Shown piece after piece: positions 1 through 9,875 of a stretch of 64,000 bases of DNA. Below the pieces are notes generated by a model. The model did no database searches and was not told the origin of the DNA. It worked only from the letters and a program-made list of their open reading frames with translations. Each line of letters opens with the position of its first letter. Position 1 is the first letter of the stretch. The position numbers and the translations under genes are program-made. The stretch comes from Gammaproteobacteria bacterium (GTDB lineage: Bacteria; Pseudomonadota; Gammaproteobacteria; Ga0077536). Where the stretch lies: contig JADLGE010000023.1 in NCBI GenBank assembly GCA_020849475.1, positions 8,153-72,152 on the forward strand. The letters are read 5' to 3'.

Positions 1-51
1 GGGAGATGACGGGAGAACCGACGCCAGCGCCTGCGGCCGGCGTCGCTGCAA

Positions 52-1620
52 TCACGCGCCGCAGGTCGGCACGCGCAGTGTCTGCCCTTCGCGCAGCGAA
101 TAACGCGGCGCCGACAGGCCATTCATGCTGGCGAAATCCTTGAGGCTGTTGCAGCCGTGCTTGCGCGCGATGGTGATGAGGGTTTCGCCCTTGGCGACTT
201 TATGGGTCTGCTTGCTGCTCGCGGTGGCGCTCGCCGCCGCGCTGCCCGTCGCCCCACGCGCGGCCGGCGCCGCGCTGCTGGCGGCCACCGTGCGCACGCC
301 GACGCGCGGCGCCACGCCGGGAATGCGTGCATCCTGCAGCGCCTGCAGGCGCGCCACCATTTCGGGCGCGGTGCAACGGCGCTTGAAGGCCTCGGCGGCG
401 CGTGCCGGCGCTTCGAGACGCGTGCCTGCCGGCAGACGGGTATCGGCTTGCCAACGCGGATTGAGATTGCGCATGGTGCGAAACCAACCACGCTCGTTAC
501 CGTCCTGGCCGAGACAGATGCTGACTTCGTTGAGCGACATCGCGGTCGCGAGATTGATTTCACCGGGCCTTTGATCGACTTTCGGCCAGCGCAGTCCGTA
601 ATCCTCGGGGTGCAGGAACAGCCACGCCGCCGCCAGCACCATCGGCACATACTCGCGGGTCTCGGGCGCCAGCGCCTGGAACACGCGCGGATCCCAGAAG
701 CGCCGCGCGCCGCCCTGCGAGAGCTGCACCATGCGTGACTCGCCGCCGTTGTAAGCGCCGAGCACCAGTTCCAGATCGTTGTTCAATCGTTTGAGCTGAT
801 CGTTGAGATAGGCGGCATTGGCTTCGGTCGAGGCGGTCGGGTCGAAGCGCTGATCGAAACCGTTGTCGGCGCCGAGACCATAGCGCTTGCCGGTGGCCGG
901 CATGAACTGCAGCAGGCCCGACGCGCCGCTGGGCGACACCGCGTGCACCTTGCCGCCCGACTCCTTGGCCATGATGCCGAACAGCACCGCTTCCGGCAGA
1001 CCGTTCTTGGCATAGGTCGGCCACATCTTGTAGCGCAGGTACTGGTAGTTCTCGTAGGTGTCGAGCAACTGCGGGCGCATCCAGGTCAGCCATTCGCGCA
1101 GCGCCGCGCGCAGCGGCTCGTTGACCTTGATGAGCTCGCGCAAATCCTGACCGTTCAAAAGATTGATGCTGCGTTCGCTCTCGGGCAGCGCCGCCAACAC
1201 CGGCGAGGGCTGGCCATCGTCGCTGGTGCTGGTGTCGCTGGCGCCGGTCGCGCCGAGCCCGACCAGCGCCTGAGTCTGGGCTTCGAGCAGCGCGTCCTGG
1301 GCCTTGGCGATGCGTTCGACCGCGCAGCCGTGCATGGCCGCGCAACGCTCGGCGGCGGCGGCAAGGCGACTGCGCGCCTCGGCCAGGCCATCGGCGGCAG
1401 CGGCGGAATCACCCGCGCGCAGCTTTTCCAGGGCTTGTTCGCCCTGTGTGCGGGCAGCGTCGCCGTCGTCATAGACGGCCTGGATGAACACCGCGCTGGC
1501 GGCGGAGATGTCGTTGGGGCGGTTGGCGAAAGCGTTAGTCGAAGAGCGGGAACCGGAATGATTGCAGGCCGACAACAGGCACAGGGCAAGGACGAAAGCG
1601 ACGCGAAAAAAACGGGGCAT
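52..1620 (-). CDS. mltD: Membrane-bound lytic murein transglycosylase D-like lipoprotein (SLT domain plus C-terminal LysM)
   Basis: 522-aa ORF. N-terminal lipoprotein signal MPRFFRVAFVLALCLLSAC. SLT catalytic-region motifs (GLLQFMPATGKRYGL, AYNGG). C-terminal LysM-like GETLITIARKHGCNSLKDFASMNGLSAPRYSLREGQTLRVP. Confidence 0.8.
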   Translation of the reverse strand: MPRFFRVAFVLALCLLSACNHSGSRSSTNAFANRPNDISAASAVFIQAVYDDGDAARTQGEQALEKLRAGDSAAAADGLAEARSRLAAAAERCAAMHGCAVERIAKAQDALLEAQTQALVGLGATGASDTSTSDDGQPSPVLAALPESERSINLLNGQDLRELIKVNEPLRAALREWLTWMRPQLLDTYENYQYLRYKMWPTYAKNGLPEAVLFGIMAKESGGKVHAVSPSGASGLLQFMPATGKRYGLGADNGFDQRFDPTASTEANAAYLNDQLKRLNNDLELVLGAYNGGESRMVQLSQGGARRFWDPRVFQALAPETREYVPMVLAAAWLFLHPEDYGLRWPKVDQRPGEINLATAMSLNEVSICLGQDGNERGWFRTMRNLNPRWQADTRLPAGTRLEAPARAAEAFKRRCTAPEMVARLQALQDARIPGVAPRVGVRTVAASSAAPAARGATGSAAASATASSKQTHKVAKGETLITIARKHGCNSLKDFASMNGLSAPRYSLREGQTLRVPTCGA

Positions 1621-1742
1621 GCACAGACTCCGACAAGAAACGCCGCAAAGGTAACGGCACGGCGGCCGCGGCGCAACGTTTAAGCCAGGTGTCGCCGTCG
1701 ACTGGCCTCTGTGCGAGGACAGTCGAGGTTGACCGACGCGGC

Positions 1743-3212
1743 TCAGGCCACCTGCTCAAAGGCCTCGAACTTCGGCGCCGCCATTTCCTCGGCGAAGCGC
1801 GCATAGCTCCACGGCCAACTGGCCGGCACACCGAACTTGTCGAGATACCAGCTCTTGCAGCCGGTCGACCAGATGGCGCCCTTGGCCGCTTCGATGCGGG
1901 CCTGGTCGAACGCGCTGGTGGCGCTGGCGCTGGCGCTGATCTCGCGACAGGCGCCGTCGCGCAGCTTGTTCAACAACTGGATGACATAACCAAGCTGCAT
2001 CTCGGCAATCTGAATCAGCGAAAAGTTGCCTACCGGTCCATTGGGGCCATTCAACAGGAACATGTTGGGGAAGCCCGGCACCGACAGCGACAGATAGGCT
2101 ATCGGGCGGTCGGCCCACACGTCATCGAGCGTCACGCCGCCACGCCCCGCCACCAGCGTCGGACGAATGAAACGGTCGGCGCGAAAACCGGTGGCGAGCA
2201 CCAGCGCGTCGAGTTCATGCAGGCGGCCGTCGGCGGTGCGCACGCCGCCCGCTTCGACACGCGTGATGCCCTCGGTCACGAGTTCGGCGTTGGGACGCTG
2301 GATGGCGTCGTAAAAATCCGGCGAGAAGATCAGACGCTTGCAGGCCGCGCGGTAATTGGGCCTGAGCTTCTCGCGCAACACCGGATCCTTGACGTTGTTT
2401 TCCAGATTCTCGAGGCAGGCGCGCTCGATGCTGGCCATTTCCTTGGAATCGGCATTGATGACGGCGTTGGCGATGAAGTCGGTCATCATGCGCTTCGCTT
2501 CATCGCGGATGGCGAAAATGCGCGTCGGGTCGGCGGCGAAGGCGGCACGCTCCTCGCTGCTGTAGGCCGGATTCTCTATCGGCATCACCCATTGCGCGGT
2601 GCGCTGGAAGAGTTCGAACTTGGCGACCTTTGGCACCAGCGCCGAAGTGATCTGGATGGCGGTCGAGCCGGTGCCGATCACGCCCACGCGCTTGCCGTCC
2701 AGCGCCACGTCGTGATTCCAGCGTGCGCTGTGAAAGCAGGCGCCCTTGAAATCCTCGAGGCCGGCGATGTCTGGCGTGTTCGGATAATGCAGCACGCCGG
2801 TCGCCGCGATCACGACATCGGCGCTGTCGCTCTTGCCGGTGGCAGTGGTGAGTTGCCAGCGTCCGTTCTCGAACACGCAGCGCGTGATTTCGGTGTTGAA
2901 CTCAATCGACGGCAGCACCTTGTATTTTTTCGCCACGCCTTCGAAATAGGCCTGGATCTCCTCGCCCGGCGCGAACACATGGCTCCAGTGCGGATTCGGC
3001 TCGAAGGTGTAGGTGTAAAGATGGGCCGGCACGTCGCAGGCGATGCCGGGGTAGGTGTTCTCGCGCCAGGTGCCGCCGAGGCGCGCGGCCTTTTCGTAGA
3101 TGACAAAGTTGTCGTAACCCGCTTCGCGCAGCTTGATGGCGGCCAGGATGCCGGCCATGCCGGCGCCGATCACGACTATGCGCAAAGCGCGCCCGTTTGC
3201 TTGAGACATCAT
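1743..3212 (-). CDS. FAD/NADPH-dependent flavin monooxygenase with type I Baeyer-Villiger monooxygenase fingerprint
   Basis: 489 aa. N-terminal Rossmann motif VVIGAGMAGILAA. Second dinucleotide motif VGVIGTGSTAIQ. BVMO fingerprint FxGxxxHxxxW present as FKGACFHSARWNHD. Confidence 0.8.
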   Translation of the reverse strand: MMSQANGRALRIVVIGAGMAGILAAIKLREAGYDNFVIYEKAARLGGTWRENTYPGIACDVPAHLYTYTFEPNPHWSHVFAPGEEIQAYFEGVAKKYKVLPSIEFNTEITRCVFENGRWQLTTATGKSDSADVVIAATGVLHYPNTPDIAGLEDFKGACFHSARWNHDVALDGKRVGVIGTGSTAIQITSALVPKVAKFELFQRTAQWVMPIENPAYSSEERAAFAADPTRIFAIRDEAKRMMTDFIANAVINADSKEMASIERACLENLENNVKDPVLREKLRPNYRAACKRLIFSPDFYDAIQRPNAELVTEGITRVEAGGVRTADGRLHELDALVLATGFRADRFIRPTLVAGRGGVTLDDVWADRPIAYLSLSVPGFPNMFLLNGPNGPVGNFSLIQIAEMQLGYVIQLLNKLRDGACREISASASATSAFDQARIEAAKGAIWSTGCKSWYLDKFGVPASWPWSYARFAEEMAAPKFEAFEQVA

Positions 3213-3453
3213 TCGCTCCTTTCAATGCCAGACACATCGCCAGCGGCGACTTCGAAGCCAGCCCGCCAGCGCCTGAGTACACTGGCTATGGTCGTGCAAC
3301 TCAAGAGCGCGCCCGCGGAGCCCATGATCTCGATCAAGCCGAGAGGTCCGCCGCGGGGGCTGCCCAGCCGGGCAGGATGACGATTAAGATGGTCGCGGAC
3401 AAGACTCCAGGGTGGGCATCGATGCCAGCTCCGCACGCGGCGCACGACCAGCC

Positions 3454-4299
3454 ATGACCGCTGAGCACCGACAGCCGGCGCTGATCAGCGCCGCCGGCGT
3501 GCGCATGCCGCGCCTCATCTACGGCACGGCGTGGAAGGCCGAGCACACCGCGGCGCTGGTCGAAGCGGCGCTGCGCACCGGCTTCCGCGGCATCGACAGC
3601 GCCGCGCAACCCAAACACTACGACGAAGCCGGTGTCGGCGCGGGGCTCGCCGAAGTCGCACTGCCACGCGACAGTCTCTACCTGCAAACCAAGTTCACAC
3701 CGCCCGACGGCCAGGACAAGACGCGCCTGCCCTATGCACTGGACGCCCCCCTCGCCACGCAGATAGAGCAGTCGCTGCAGAGTTCATTGCGCCACCTGGG
3801 CAGTGACTACATCGACGGGCTGATCCTGCATTCACCGCTCGCCAGCCGCGCGGCGACGCTCGATGCATGGCGCGCCATGCAGCAGTGGGTGACGCGCGGC
3901 GTGGTGCGCCAGCTCGGCATCAGCAACTGCTATGCGCTGGCGGAATTCGACGCCCTTTATCGCGCGGCTGACATCAAGCCGGCGGTCTTGCAGAACCGCT
4001 TCTATGCACGCACCCGACATGACCGCGAACTGCGCGCCTACTGCCGCGCCCATGATGTGATCTACCAGAGCTTCTGGACCTTGACCGCCAACCCCGAAGC
4101 CTTGGCCAGCGCCACGCTGCGCAACCTCGCGCTACGCCATCGCTGCGCGCCCGCGCAGATCCTGTATCGCTATTTGACGCATATCGATGTCGTGCCGCTG
4201 ATCGGCACCACCTCGGTCGCGCACATGCGTGAAGATCTTTCCATCTTCGAATTCGCGCTCGATGCGCGTGAGTGCGACGCGCTGAGCCTGTTGTTCTGA
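3454..4299 (+). CDS. Aldo/keto reductase (DkgA-like)
   Basis: Start refined to MTAEHRQ, an in-frame ATG 15 codons before the MPRLIYGTAW motif typical of the AKR N-terminus. AKR-like segments include LGISNCYALAEFDALY. Confidence 0.8.
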   Translation: MTAEHRQPALISAAGVRMPRLIYGTAWKAEHTAALVEAALRTGFRGIDSAAQPKHYDEAGVGAGLAEVALPRDSLYLQTKFTPPDGQDKTRLPYALDAPLATQIEQSLQSSLRHLGSDYIDGLILHSPLASRAATLDAWRAMQQWVTRGVVRQLGISNCYALAEFDALYRAADIKPAVLQNRFYARTRHDRELRAYCRAHDVIYQSFWTLTANPEALASATLRNLALRHRCAPAQILYRYLTHIDVVPLIGTTSVAHMREDLSIFEFALDARECDALSLLF

Positions 4300-4599
4300 G
4301 CGCACTGCGCGTTGCGCGCGCATAACGGTAGTGCTTCACGTTTCAGCTGGCATTGCGCCAAAAACTTCGTTACGCGCGCGACGCCGCCGGCAGCACGCAG
4401 TTCATCAACGCATGCGCTTCTTTTGGTGAACACAGTCTCAGTTCATCGCGCCCAGGCGCCAGAGTGTGAATTTTTGACAGCGTCGCGTTAAGGCGCCTCC
4501 CTAGCATCGCAGCCACTCGACACCCAACCCGCGTTGCGTAGCACGCTCGCGGGCTTGGTGAACGAGCGAGGACCACGTATCAACAGGGAGTACACATCG

Positions 4600-6147
4600 A
4601 TGACTATCCGTCACTCATCTCATCACCGTCACGCCGGCACACCTTCATCACGCAATACTTTGGCCGCGGCACTGCTGCTGGCGCTCGCGCCCTCTGCCCA
4701 TGCCGTCAACGGCGTCGACCCGCAGGAAAACGTCGCGCTGCAATGGAATGATGCCGCGCTGGAAGCGATACGCATCACCCACCCCGGCCCGCCGATGGTG
4801 GCGCGCATGCTGGCGGTGTTGAACACCTGCGCGTTCGACAGTTGGGCGGCGTTCGACGCGCAGGCGCGCGGCACACGCTACGGCCGCCAGTTGAAGGCGC
4901 CGCAGAACCTGCGCACTGATGCCGCCAAGCGCGAAGCGGTCGCCTATGGCGCCTATCGCGCGGCGCTCGATCTGTTTCCGCAGCCCGAACAGCAGGCCTA
5001 TTTCCGGGCCCTGCTCGGCGAGCAGGGCTACAACCCGGACTACGCATTGCGCAATGTCACCACCGCGGCCGGCCTTGGCAACAAGGCCTGCCAGGCGGTG
5101 CTCGAATTCCGACACCGCGACAAGTCCAACCAGCGCGGCGAAATGAACGGCGGCGCGCCCTACTCCGACTGGACCGGTTATCAACCGGTCAATACGCCCG
5201 ATCAGATCAATGACCCGAATCGCTGGCAGCCCTTGCGCATCGCCGACGGCCACGGCGGCACGGTAATGCAGAAATTCATCGCGCCCCATTGGGGCCGTGT
5301 CACGCCGTTCGCATTGCGCGACTGGAACAAGGACGTCATCAAGCCGGTGCGGCGCCTGGTCAAGGACACCACCGGCCACGTCGGTCCGGTCAAGGTCGAT
5401 GACCCGGCGTACAAGGAGCAGGCCGACCAGGTCATCGCCTACAGCGCCAGCCTGGTCGACACCCAGAAAGTGATTGCCGAATTCTGGGCCGACGGACCGG
5501 CCTCGGAACTGCCGCCCGGTCACTGGAATTTATTTGCGCAGGAAGTCTCGGCGCGCGACACCCATACGCTCGATGCCGACGTGAAGATGCTGTTCGCGGT
5601 GTCCAACACCGTGTTCGACACCAGTATCGCCATCTGGGGCGCGAAGGTGTTGTTCGATTCCGTGCGTCCCGTCACCGCCATTCACTATCTCTACAACGGT
5701 CAGAGCATCCATGCGTGGGCCGGCCCCGGTCAGGGCACGCAGACGATCTCGGGTGAGAATTGGCAGCCCTACCAGGCCAGCACCGTGGTCACGCCGCCGT
5801 TTTCGGAATACCCGTCCGGACACAGCGCGTTCTCGTCGGCGGGCGCCGAGATCCTGAAGCGCTTCACCGGCAGTGATGTATTTGGCGGCGGGGTCACGCT
5901 GCCGGCCGGCAATTCGCGCGTCGAACCCGGCCAGGTGCCGGCCTTCGATCTCAGTTTGAGTTGGGCGACTTTCAGCGACGCCGCCGATGAAGCCGGCATC
6001 TCGCGGCGCTATGGCGGCATCCACTTTGTTGACGGCGATCTCGATTCACGTCTGATGGGTCGCCGTGTCGCGGCGCTCGACTGGCCGGCCATCCAGTACT
6101 ACTTCGGTGCATCGCCGGGCGGGCATGACGGTCATCACCACGACTGA
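4600..6147 (+). CDS. Secreted PAP2-superfamily protein, vanadium-dependent haloperoxidase-like
   Basis: Start refined to MTIRHSS with signal peptide AAALLLALAPSAHA. PAP2/vanadate-site motifs PSGHSAFS and SRRYGGIHFVDGD. Length of about 515 aa fits bacterial vanadium haloperoxidases rather than small acid phosphatases. Confidence 0.65.
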   Translation: MTIRHSSHHRHAGTPSSRNTLAAALLLALAPSAHAVNGVDPQENVALQWNDAALEAIRITHPGPPMVARMLAVLNTCAFDSWAAFDAQARGTRYGRQLKAPQNLRTDAAKREAVAYGAYRAALDLFPQPEQQAYFRALLGEQGYNPDYALRNVTTAAGLGNKACQAVLEFRHRDKSNQRGEMNGGAPYSDWTGYQPVNTPDQINDPNRWQPLRIADGHGGTVMQKFIAPHWGRVTPFALRDWNKDVIKPVRRLVKDTTGHVGPVKVDDPAYKEQADQVIAYSASLVDTQKVIAEFWADGPASELPPGHWNLFAQEVSARDTHTLDADVKMLFAVSNTVFDTSIAIWGAKVLFDSVRPVTAIHYLYNGQSIHAWAGPGQGTQTISGENWQPYQASTVVTPPFSEYPSGHSAFSSAGAEILKRFTGSDVFGGGVTLPAGNSRVEPGQVPAFDLSLSWATFSDAADEAGISRRYGGIHFVDGDLDSRLMGRRVAALDWPAIQYYFGASPGGHDGHHHD

Positions 6148-6162
6148 GTCCAGGCGGTGAAG

Positions 6163-6205
6163 GGCCCGGGCGCGTGGCTCGACGCGCCCGGGTCGGTGTT
6201 GCTCT
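6163..6205 (+). terminator. Candidate terminator hairpin after the PAP2/haloperoxidase-like gene
   Basis: GCCCGGGCGCG-TGGCTCGA-CGCGCCCGGG followed by a T-rich stretch. Confidence 0.45.
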
Positions 6206-6264
6206 GAATTACGCCATCGGCCGTCCTGCGAGCGCGACATGCACGCTTCGGGTATTGTCTCGCC

Positions 6265-7479
6265 ATGCCCGCTTCCAATGCCCCCGCGCCGCGACCGTGG
6301 TTGATGTTGAGTCTTGCCTTGTTGTGCCAGGTGGCGGTATCGCTGGTGGTGCAGGGCGTGCCGACCCTCGCGCCCTTTCTGCAGGATGATCTCGGCCTGA
6401 CGCGCGCCCAGGTCGGCATGTTCAACTCCGCCTTGATGGGCGGCTCGCTGGTGGCGATGTTCGCGGCCGGCTGGGTGGTAGACGTCAAAGGCGAACGCGC
6501 GGCGCTGGTGTGGGGCAACGTGGTGGTCGGTGTGTTCTGCATGACCGTGATCGGCACGCACACTTTTGTCACCGCGCTTATCGCACTGTTTTTCGCCGGC
6601 ATCGGCGGCGCTTTCCCGACGCCGGCCGGCAGCAAGACCGTGATGGCGTGGTTCCCCATTCACCAGCGCGGCATGGCCATGGGTGTGCGCCAGACCGGCA
6701 TTCCGCTCGGCGGCGCGCTGGCCGCCGCGACCTTGCCCTTCATCGCCCATGCGGCGGGCTGGCGCATGGCGGTGGTGGTCGGTGGTCTCGCGTGTTTCGC
6801 CAGCGCGGCCTTGTGCCAATGGCGCTACCGCGCACCGGACATCGTGCAGCGCGCCACCGCGGTGAATCAGCCGCTGTCGCGCTTTCGAGACTTCGCGACG
6901 CGCGAAGTGGTGTTGCTCGGCGCCGCCGGCGGGCTCGCGACCTTGGGCCAGTTCACCCTCGTCACCTATCTCGCGCTGTATTTGAAGGAAACCCAGGACA
7001 TCGCCGTCACCACTTCGGCGAGCCTGTTGGTGCTCGCGCAAATCGCCGGCGCCAGCGGACGCGTGCTGTGGGGCGTGGCCAGCGATCGACTGTTCGGCCA
7101 TCGTCGGCGCCCGGCGCTGCTGCTGCCGGTCACGCTGTCGGCGCTCGGCGCGCTGGCGCTGGGTTGGCTACCCCATGGCACGCCGTTCTGGGTGATAGCG
7201 CTGCTGGTCACCAGCCATGCATTCTGTGCACTCGGCTGGCACGGCAACTGGATTGCGCTGGTGGCCGAGGTGGCCGGCCCTGAACGTCAGGGCCGCACCG
7301 TCGGCGTGGCGATGTCGCTCATGTATCCGTGCATCATCGTGTTCCCACCGCTGTTCGGTTTTTTGGTCGACAAGAGCCATTCGTGGCCCGGCGCGTGGAC
7401 CGGTCTGGCCGTGGTACTGCTGTTGGCGGCAGCCTTGATTCGACTGGTCGACGAGCGCAGTGTCGCGCAGCGCAACTGA
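6265..7479 (+). CDS. MFS transporter
   Basis: 404 aa, about 12 predicted hydrophobic spans, glycine-rich MFS loops such as GIPLGGALAAA. Confidence 0.85.
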   Translation: MPASNAPAPRPWLMLSLALLCQVAVSLVVQGVPTLAPFLQDDLGLTRAQVGMFNSALMGGSLVAMFAAGWVVDVKGERAALVWGNVVVGVFCMTVIGTHTFVTALIALFFAGIGGAFPTPAGSKTVMAWFPIHQRGMAMGVRQTGIPLGGALAAATLPFIAHAAGWRMAVVVGGLACFASAALCQWRYRAPDIVQRATAVNQPLSRFRDFATREVVLLGAAGGLATLGQFTLVTYLALYLKETQDIAVTTSASLLVLAQIAGASGRVLWGVASDRLFGHRRRPALLLPVTLSALGALALGWLPHGTPFWVIALLVTSHAFCALGWHGNWIALVAEVAGPERQGRTVGVAMSLMYPCIIVFPPLFGFLVDKSHSWPGAWTGLAVVLLLAAALIRLVDERSVAQRN

Positions 7480-7513
7480 AATTCGCACAAGTGAAACAGA
7501 GAGAGGACCTGCC

Positions 7514-8797
7514 ATGTGGTCATTCGCCACCGACCCTGAATTCCAGGAGCAACTCGACTGGATAGACTATTTCGTCAAGCACGAGGTCGAGCCGCTCGAC
7601 CATCTGCTCGGCAGTCAGTGGAACATCCACGACCCGCGTTTCAAGAAACTGGTGCGTCCGCTGCAGGCCAAGGTCCGCGCGCGCGGACTGTGGGCGTGCC
7701 ATCTCGGCCCGCATCTCGGTGGCAAGGGTTATGGCCAGCTTAAGCTCGCGCTCATGAACGAACTGTTCGGCCGCTCGCGCTTCGGGCCCATCGTTTTCGG
7801 CGCCCAGGCGCCCGATACCGGCAATGCCGAGATCCTCGCCCACTACGGCACCCCCGAGCAGAAGAAGCGCTTTCTCGAACCGCTGCTCGCCAATGAAATC
7901 GTGTCGTGCTTTTCCATGACCGAGCCGCAGGGCGGCGCCGACCCGCTGGTGTTCACCACGCGCGCCGTGCAGGACGGCGACGAGTGGGTCATCGACGGCG
8001 AGAAATGGTTTTCATCCAACGCCCGTTACGCCGCGTTCTACATCGTCATGGCGGTCACCGATCCGGATGCCGCGCCCTACAAGCGCATGTCGATGTTCAT
8101 CGTGCCGGCCGCTACGCCCGGCGTCGAAATCAAACGCAACCTGACTTTCTACGGCGAGCCGGAAGCGACCCACGCCTACATGGCCTATAAGGGCGTGCGC
8201 GTGCCAAAAGAAAACATGCTCGGCGGCCGCGGCGACGCCTTCGTGGTGGCGCAGGTGCGGCTAGGCGGCGGGCGCCTGCATCACGCCATGCGCACCGTCG
8301 CGCAGGCGCGCCGCGCGCTGGAAATGATGTGCGAACGTGCGCTGTCACGCACCACCAAGGGTGAACTCCTGGCGCGCAAGCAGATGGTGCAGGAAAAGAT
8401 TGCGGACTCGTGGGTGCAGCTGCGCCAGTTCCGCCTGTTGGTGCTGGAGACGGCGTGGCTGTGCGATCAGGGCCATGACTACAAGGCGGTGCGCAAGAAC
8501 ATCGCGGCGGTCAAAGCCGTCATGCCCAAGGTGCTGCACGATATCTCCGAACGTGCGCTGCACCTGCACGGCTCCTTGGGCCTGTCGACGGAAATGCCGT
8601 TCGCCGACTGGCTGGTCAATTCCTATCACGTCGGTCTCGCCGATGGCCCGACCGAGGTGCACAAGATCACGGTCGCGCGCGAAGTGCTGAAGGAATACGA
8701 GGGCACGACCAAGCTGTTTCCTGACTACCACAACCTGAGCGAAGCGGAGCGCGCCCACGACCTCTACGACGCCCTGCTCGATGAGCTGGGTGAATAG
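7514..8797 (+). CDS. Acyl-CoA dehydrogenase family protein
   Basis: Start refined to ATG at 7514 (MWSFATDPEF), preceded by GAGAGAGG. ACAD-like architecture throughout. Segments FSMTEPQGGADP and FIVPAATPGVEI are typical of the ACAD middle domain. Confidence 0.85.
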   Translation: MWSFATDPEFQEQLDWIDYFVKHEVEPLDHLLGSQWNIHDPRFKKLVRPLQAKVRARGLWACHLGPHLGGKGYGQLKLALMNELFGRSRFGPIVFGAQAPDTGNAEILAHYGTPEQKKRFLEPLLANEIVSCFSMTEPQGGADPLVFTTRAVQDGDEWVIDGEKWFSSNARYAAFYIVMAVTDPDAAPYKRMSMFIVPAATPGVEIKRNLTFYGEPEATHAYMAYKGVRVPKENMLGGRGDAFVVAQVRLGGGRLHHAMRTVAQARRALEMMCERALSRTTKGELLARKQMVQEKIADSWVQLRQFRLLVLETAWLCDQGHDYKAVRKNIAAVKAVMPKVLHDISERALHLHGSLGLSTEMPFADWLVNSYHVGLADGPTEVHKITVAREVLKEYEGTTKLFPDYHNLSEAERAHDLYDALLDELGE

Positions 8798-8809
8798 GCG
8801 GCGGGCGCG

Positions 8810-9811
8810 GTGATGGACGACCACACAGCTCCCGACGCCAAGCCCTCGCCGTTCAACGACGGCGAAGTCGCGATGCAGACGCGTGCCGGCGTGCGTGAGC
8901 GCGCCGAGCAGCTCGGGCAGGTGATGATTCGCGATCACCTGCTCGACCACCACCGCGAGTTCTTTCCGATGCTGCCGTCGATCCTGGTCAGCGCCCTCGA
9001 CGCCGATGGCCAGGTATGGGCGAGCATGCTGGCCGGCGCGCCGGGCTTCGTCACCACGCTGGATGACATCCATCTGCGCATCGACGCGCTGCCCGACGAT
9101 GACGACCCGCTGCGGGCCGGCATCGTGGTGGGCGCGCCTTTCGGACTGCTGGGCCTGCAAGCCCACACCCGTCGGCGCAATCGCATGAACGGCGAAATCA
9201 CGGCGGTCGATGGCGAGGGATTCACGGTTGCCGCGCGCCAGAGTTTCGGCAACTGCCCGAAATACATTCAGGCGCGCGAGGCGCAGTGGCTTGGTCCCCG
9301 CGCGCGCGACCGCTCACGCAATCAGTGCGGTGGCGCGGTGTTGGATGGTGCTGCGCGCGCGTGCATCCACGGCGCCGACACCTTGTTCGTCGCCAGCCGT
9401 TCGCGCGACTCCCGCGCCGCGCGGGCCGCTGGCGCCGGACTGGATGTCTCCCATCGCGGCGGCAAGCCGGGCTTCGTGCGCATCGATGACGGCGATACCC
9501 ACAGCGTGCTGGTGATTCCGGATTTCATCGGCAACAACCTGTTCAACACACTCGGCAATCTTCTGCAACACCCGGCCTGCGCCCTGCTGTTCGTCGACTT
9601 TGAGAACGGCGGCATGTTGCACCTGGCGGGCGACGGCGAGCTCGATTTTGACAGCGCTGATGTGGCGCGCTTCAAAGGCGCGCAACGTCTATGGCGCTTC
9701 CATGTGCGCGAAGCCGTGTGGCGGCCAGGCGTGTTGCCGTTGAGTTGGAGTGCGGCGCAGATGGCGCCGCAGTTAGACGGTCTCGGTGAGTGGCCTGACT
9801 CCACTCCCTGA
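8810..9811 (+). CDS. PNPOx-like FMN-binding split-barrel family protein
   Basis: 333 aa, 13 nt downstream of the ACAD stop. C-terminal half resembles the pyridoxamine-5-phosphate-oxidase-like fold (FVRIDDGDTHSVLVIPDFIGNNLFNTLGNLLQHPACALLFVDFENGGMLHLAG). Function assignment is by resemblance only. Confidence 0.55.
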   Translation: MMDDHTAPDAKPSPFNDGEVAMQTRAGVRERAEQLGQVMIRDHLLDHHREFFPMLPSILVSALDADGQVWASMLAGAPGFVTTLDDIHLRIDALPDDDDPLRAGIVVGAPFGLLGLQAHTRRRNRMNGEITAVDGEGFTVAARQSFGNCPKYIQAREAQWLGPRARDRSRNQCGGAVLDGAARACIHGADTLFVASRSRDSRAARAAGAGLDVSHRGGKPGFVRIDDGDTHSVLVIPDFIGNNLFNTLGNLLQHPACALLFVDFENGGMLHLAGDGELDFDSADVARFKGAQRLWRFHVREAVWRPGVLPLSWSAAQMAPQLDGLGEWPDSTP

Positions 9812-9823
9812 TTGCCTCTTCAT

Positions 9824-9851
9824 TGTGGGTCAGACTTCAGTCTGACCCACA
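9824..9851. repeat. Family B hairpin element
   Basis: TGTGGGTCAGAC-TTCA-GTCTGACCCACA (12-bp arms, TTCA loop) between convergent gene ends. Confidence 0.75.
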
Positions 9852-9875
9852 CAAGAAAGGACCGTAGCGACTCGC

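Noticed and set aside
1689-3380. 563-aa ORF on the + strand
   Set aside because: Completely overlaps the well-supported Baeyer-Villiger monooxygenase gene on the opposite strand. His/Arg/Gly-rich composition typical of antisense ORFs in high-GC DNA.
4478-4483. TTGACA hexamer upstream of the PAP2 gene as a sigma-70 -35 box
   Set aside because: No acceptable -10 hexamer at 16-19 nt spacing. Left unannotated.
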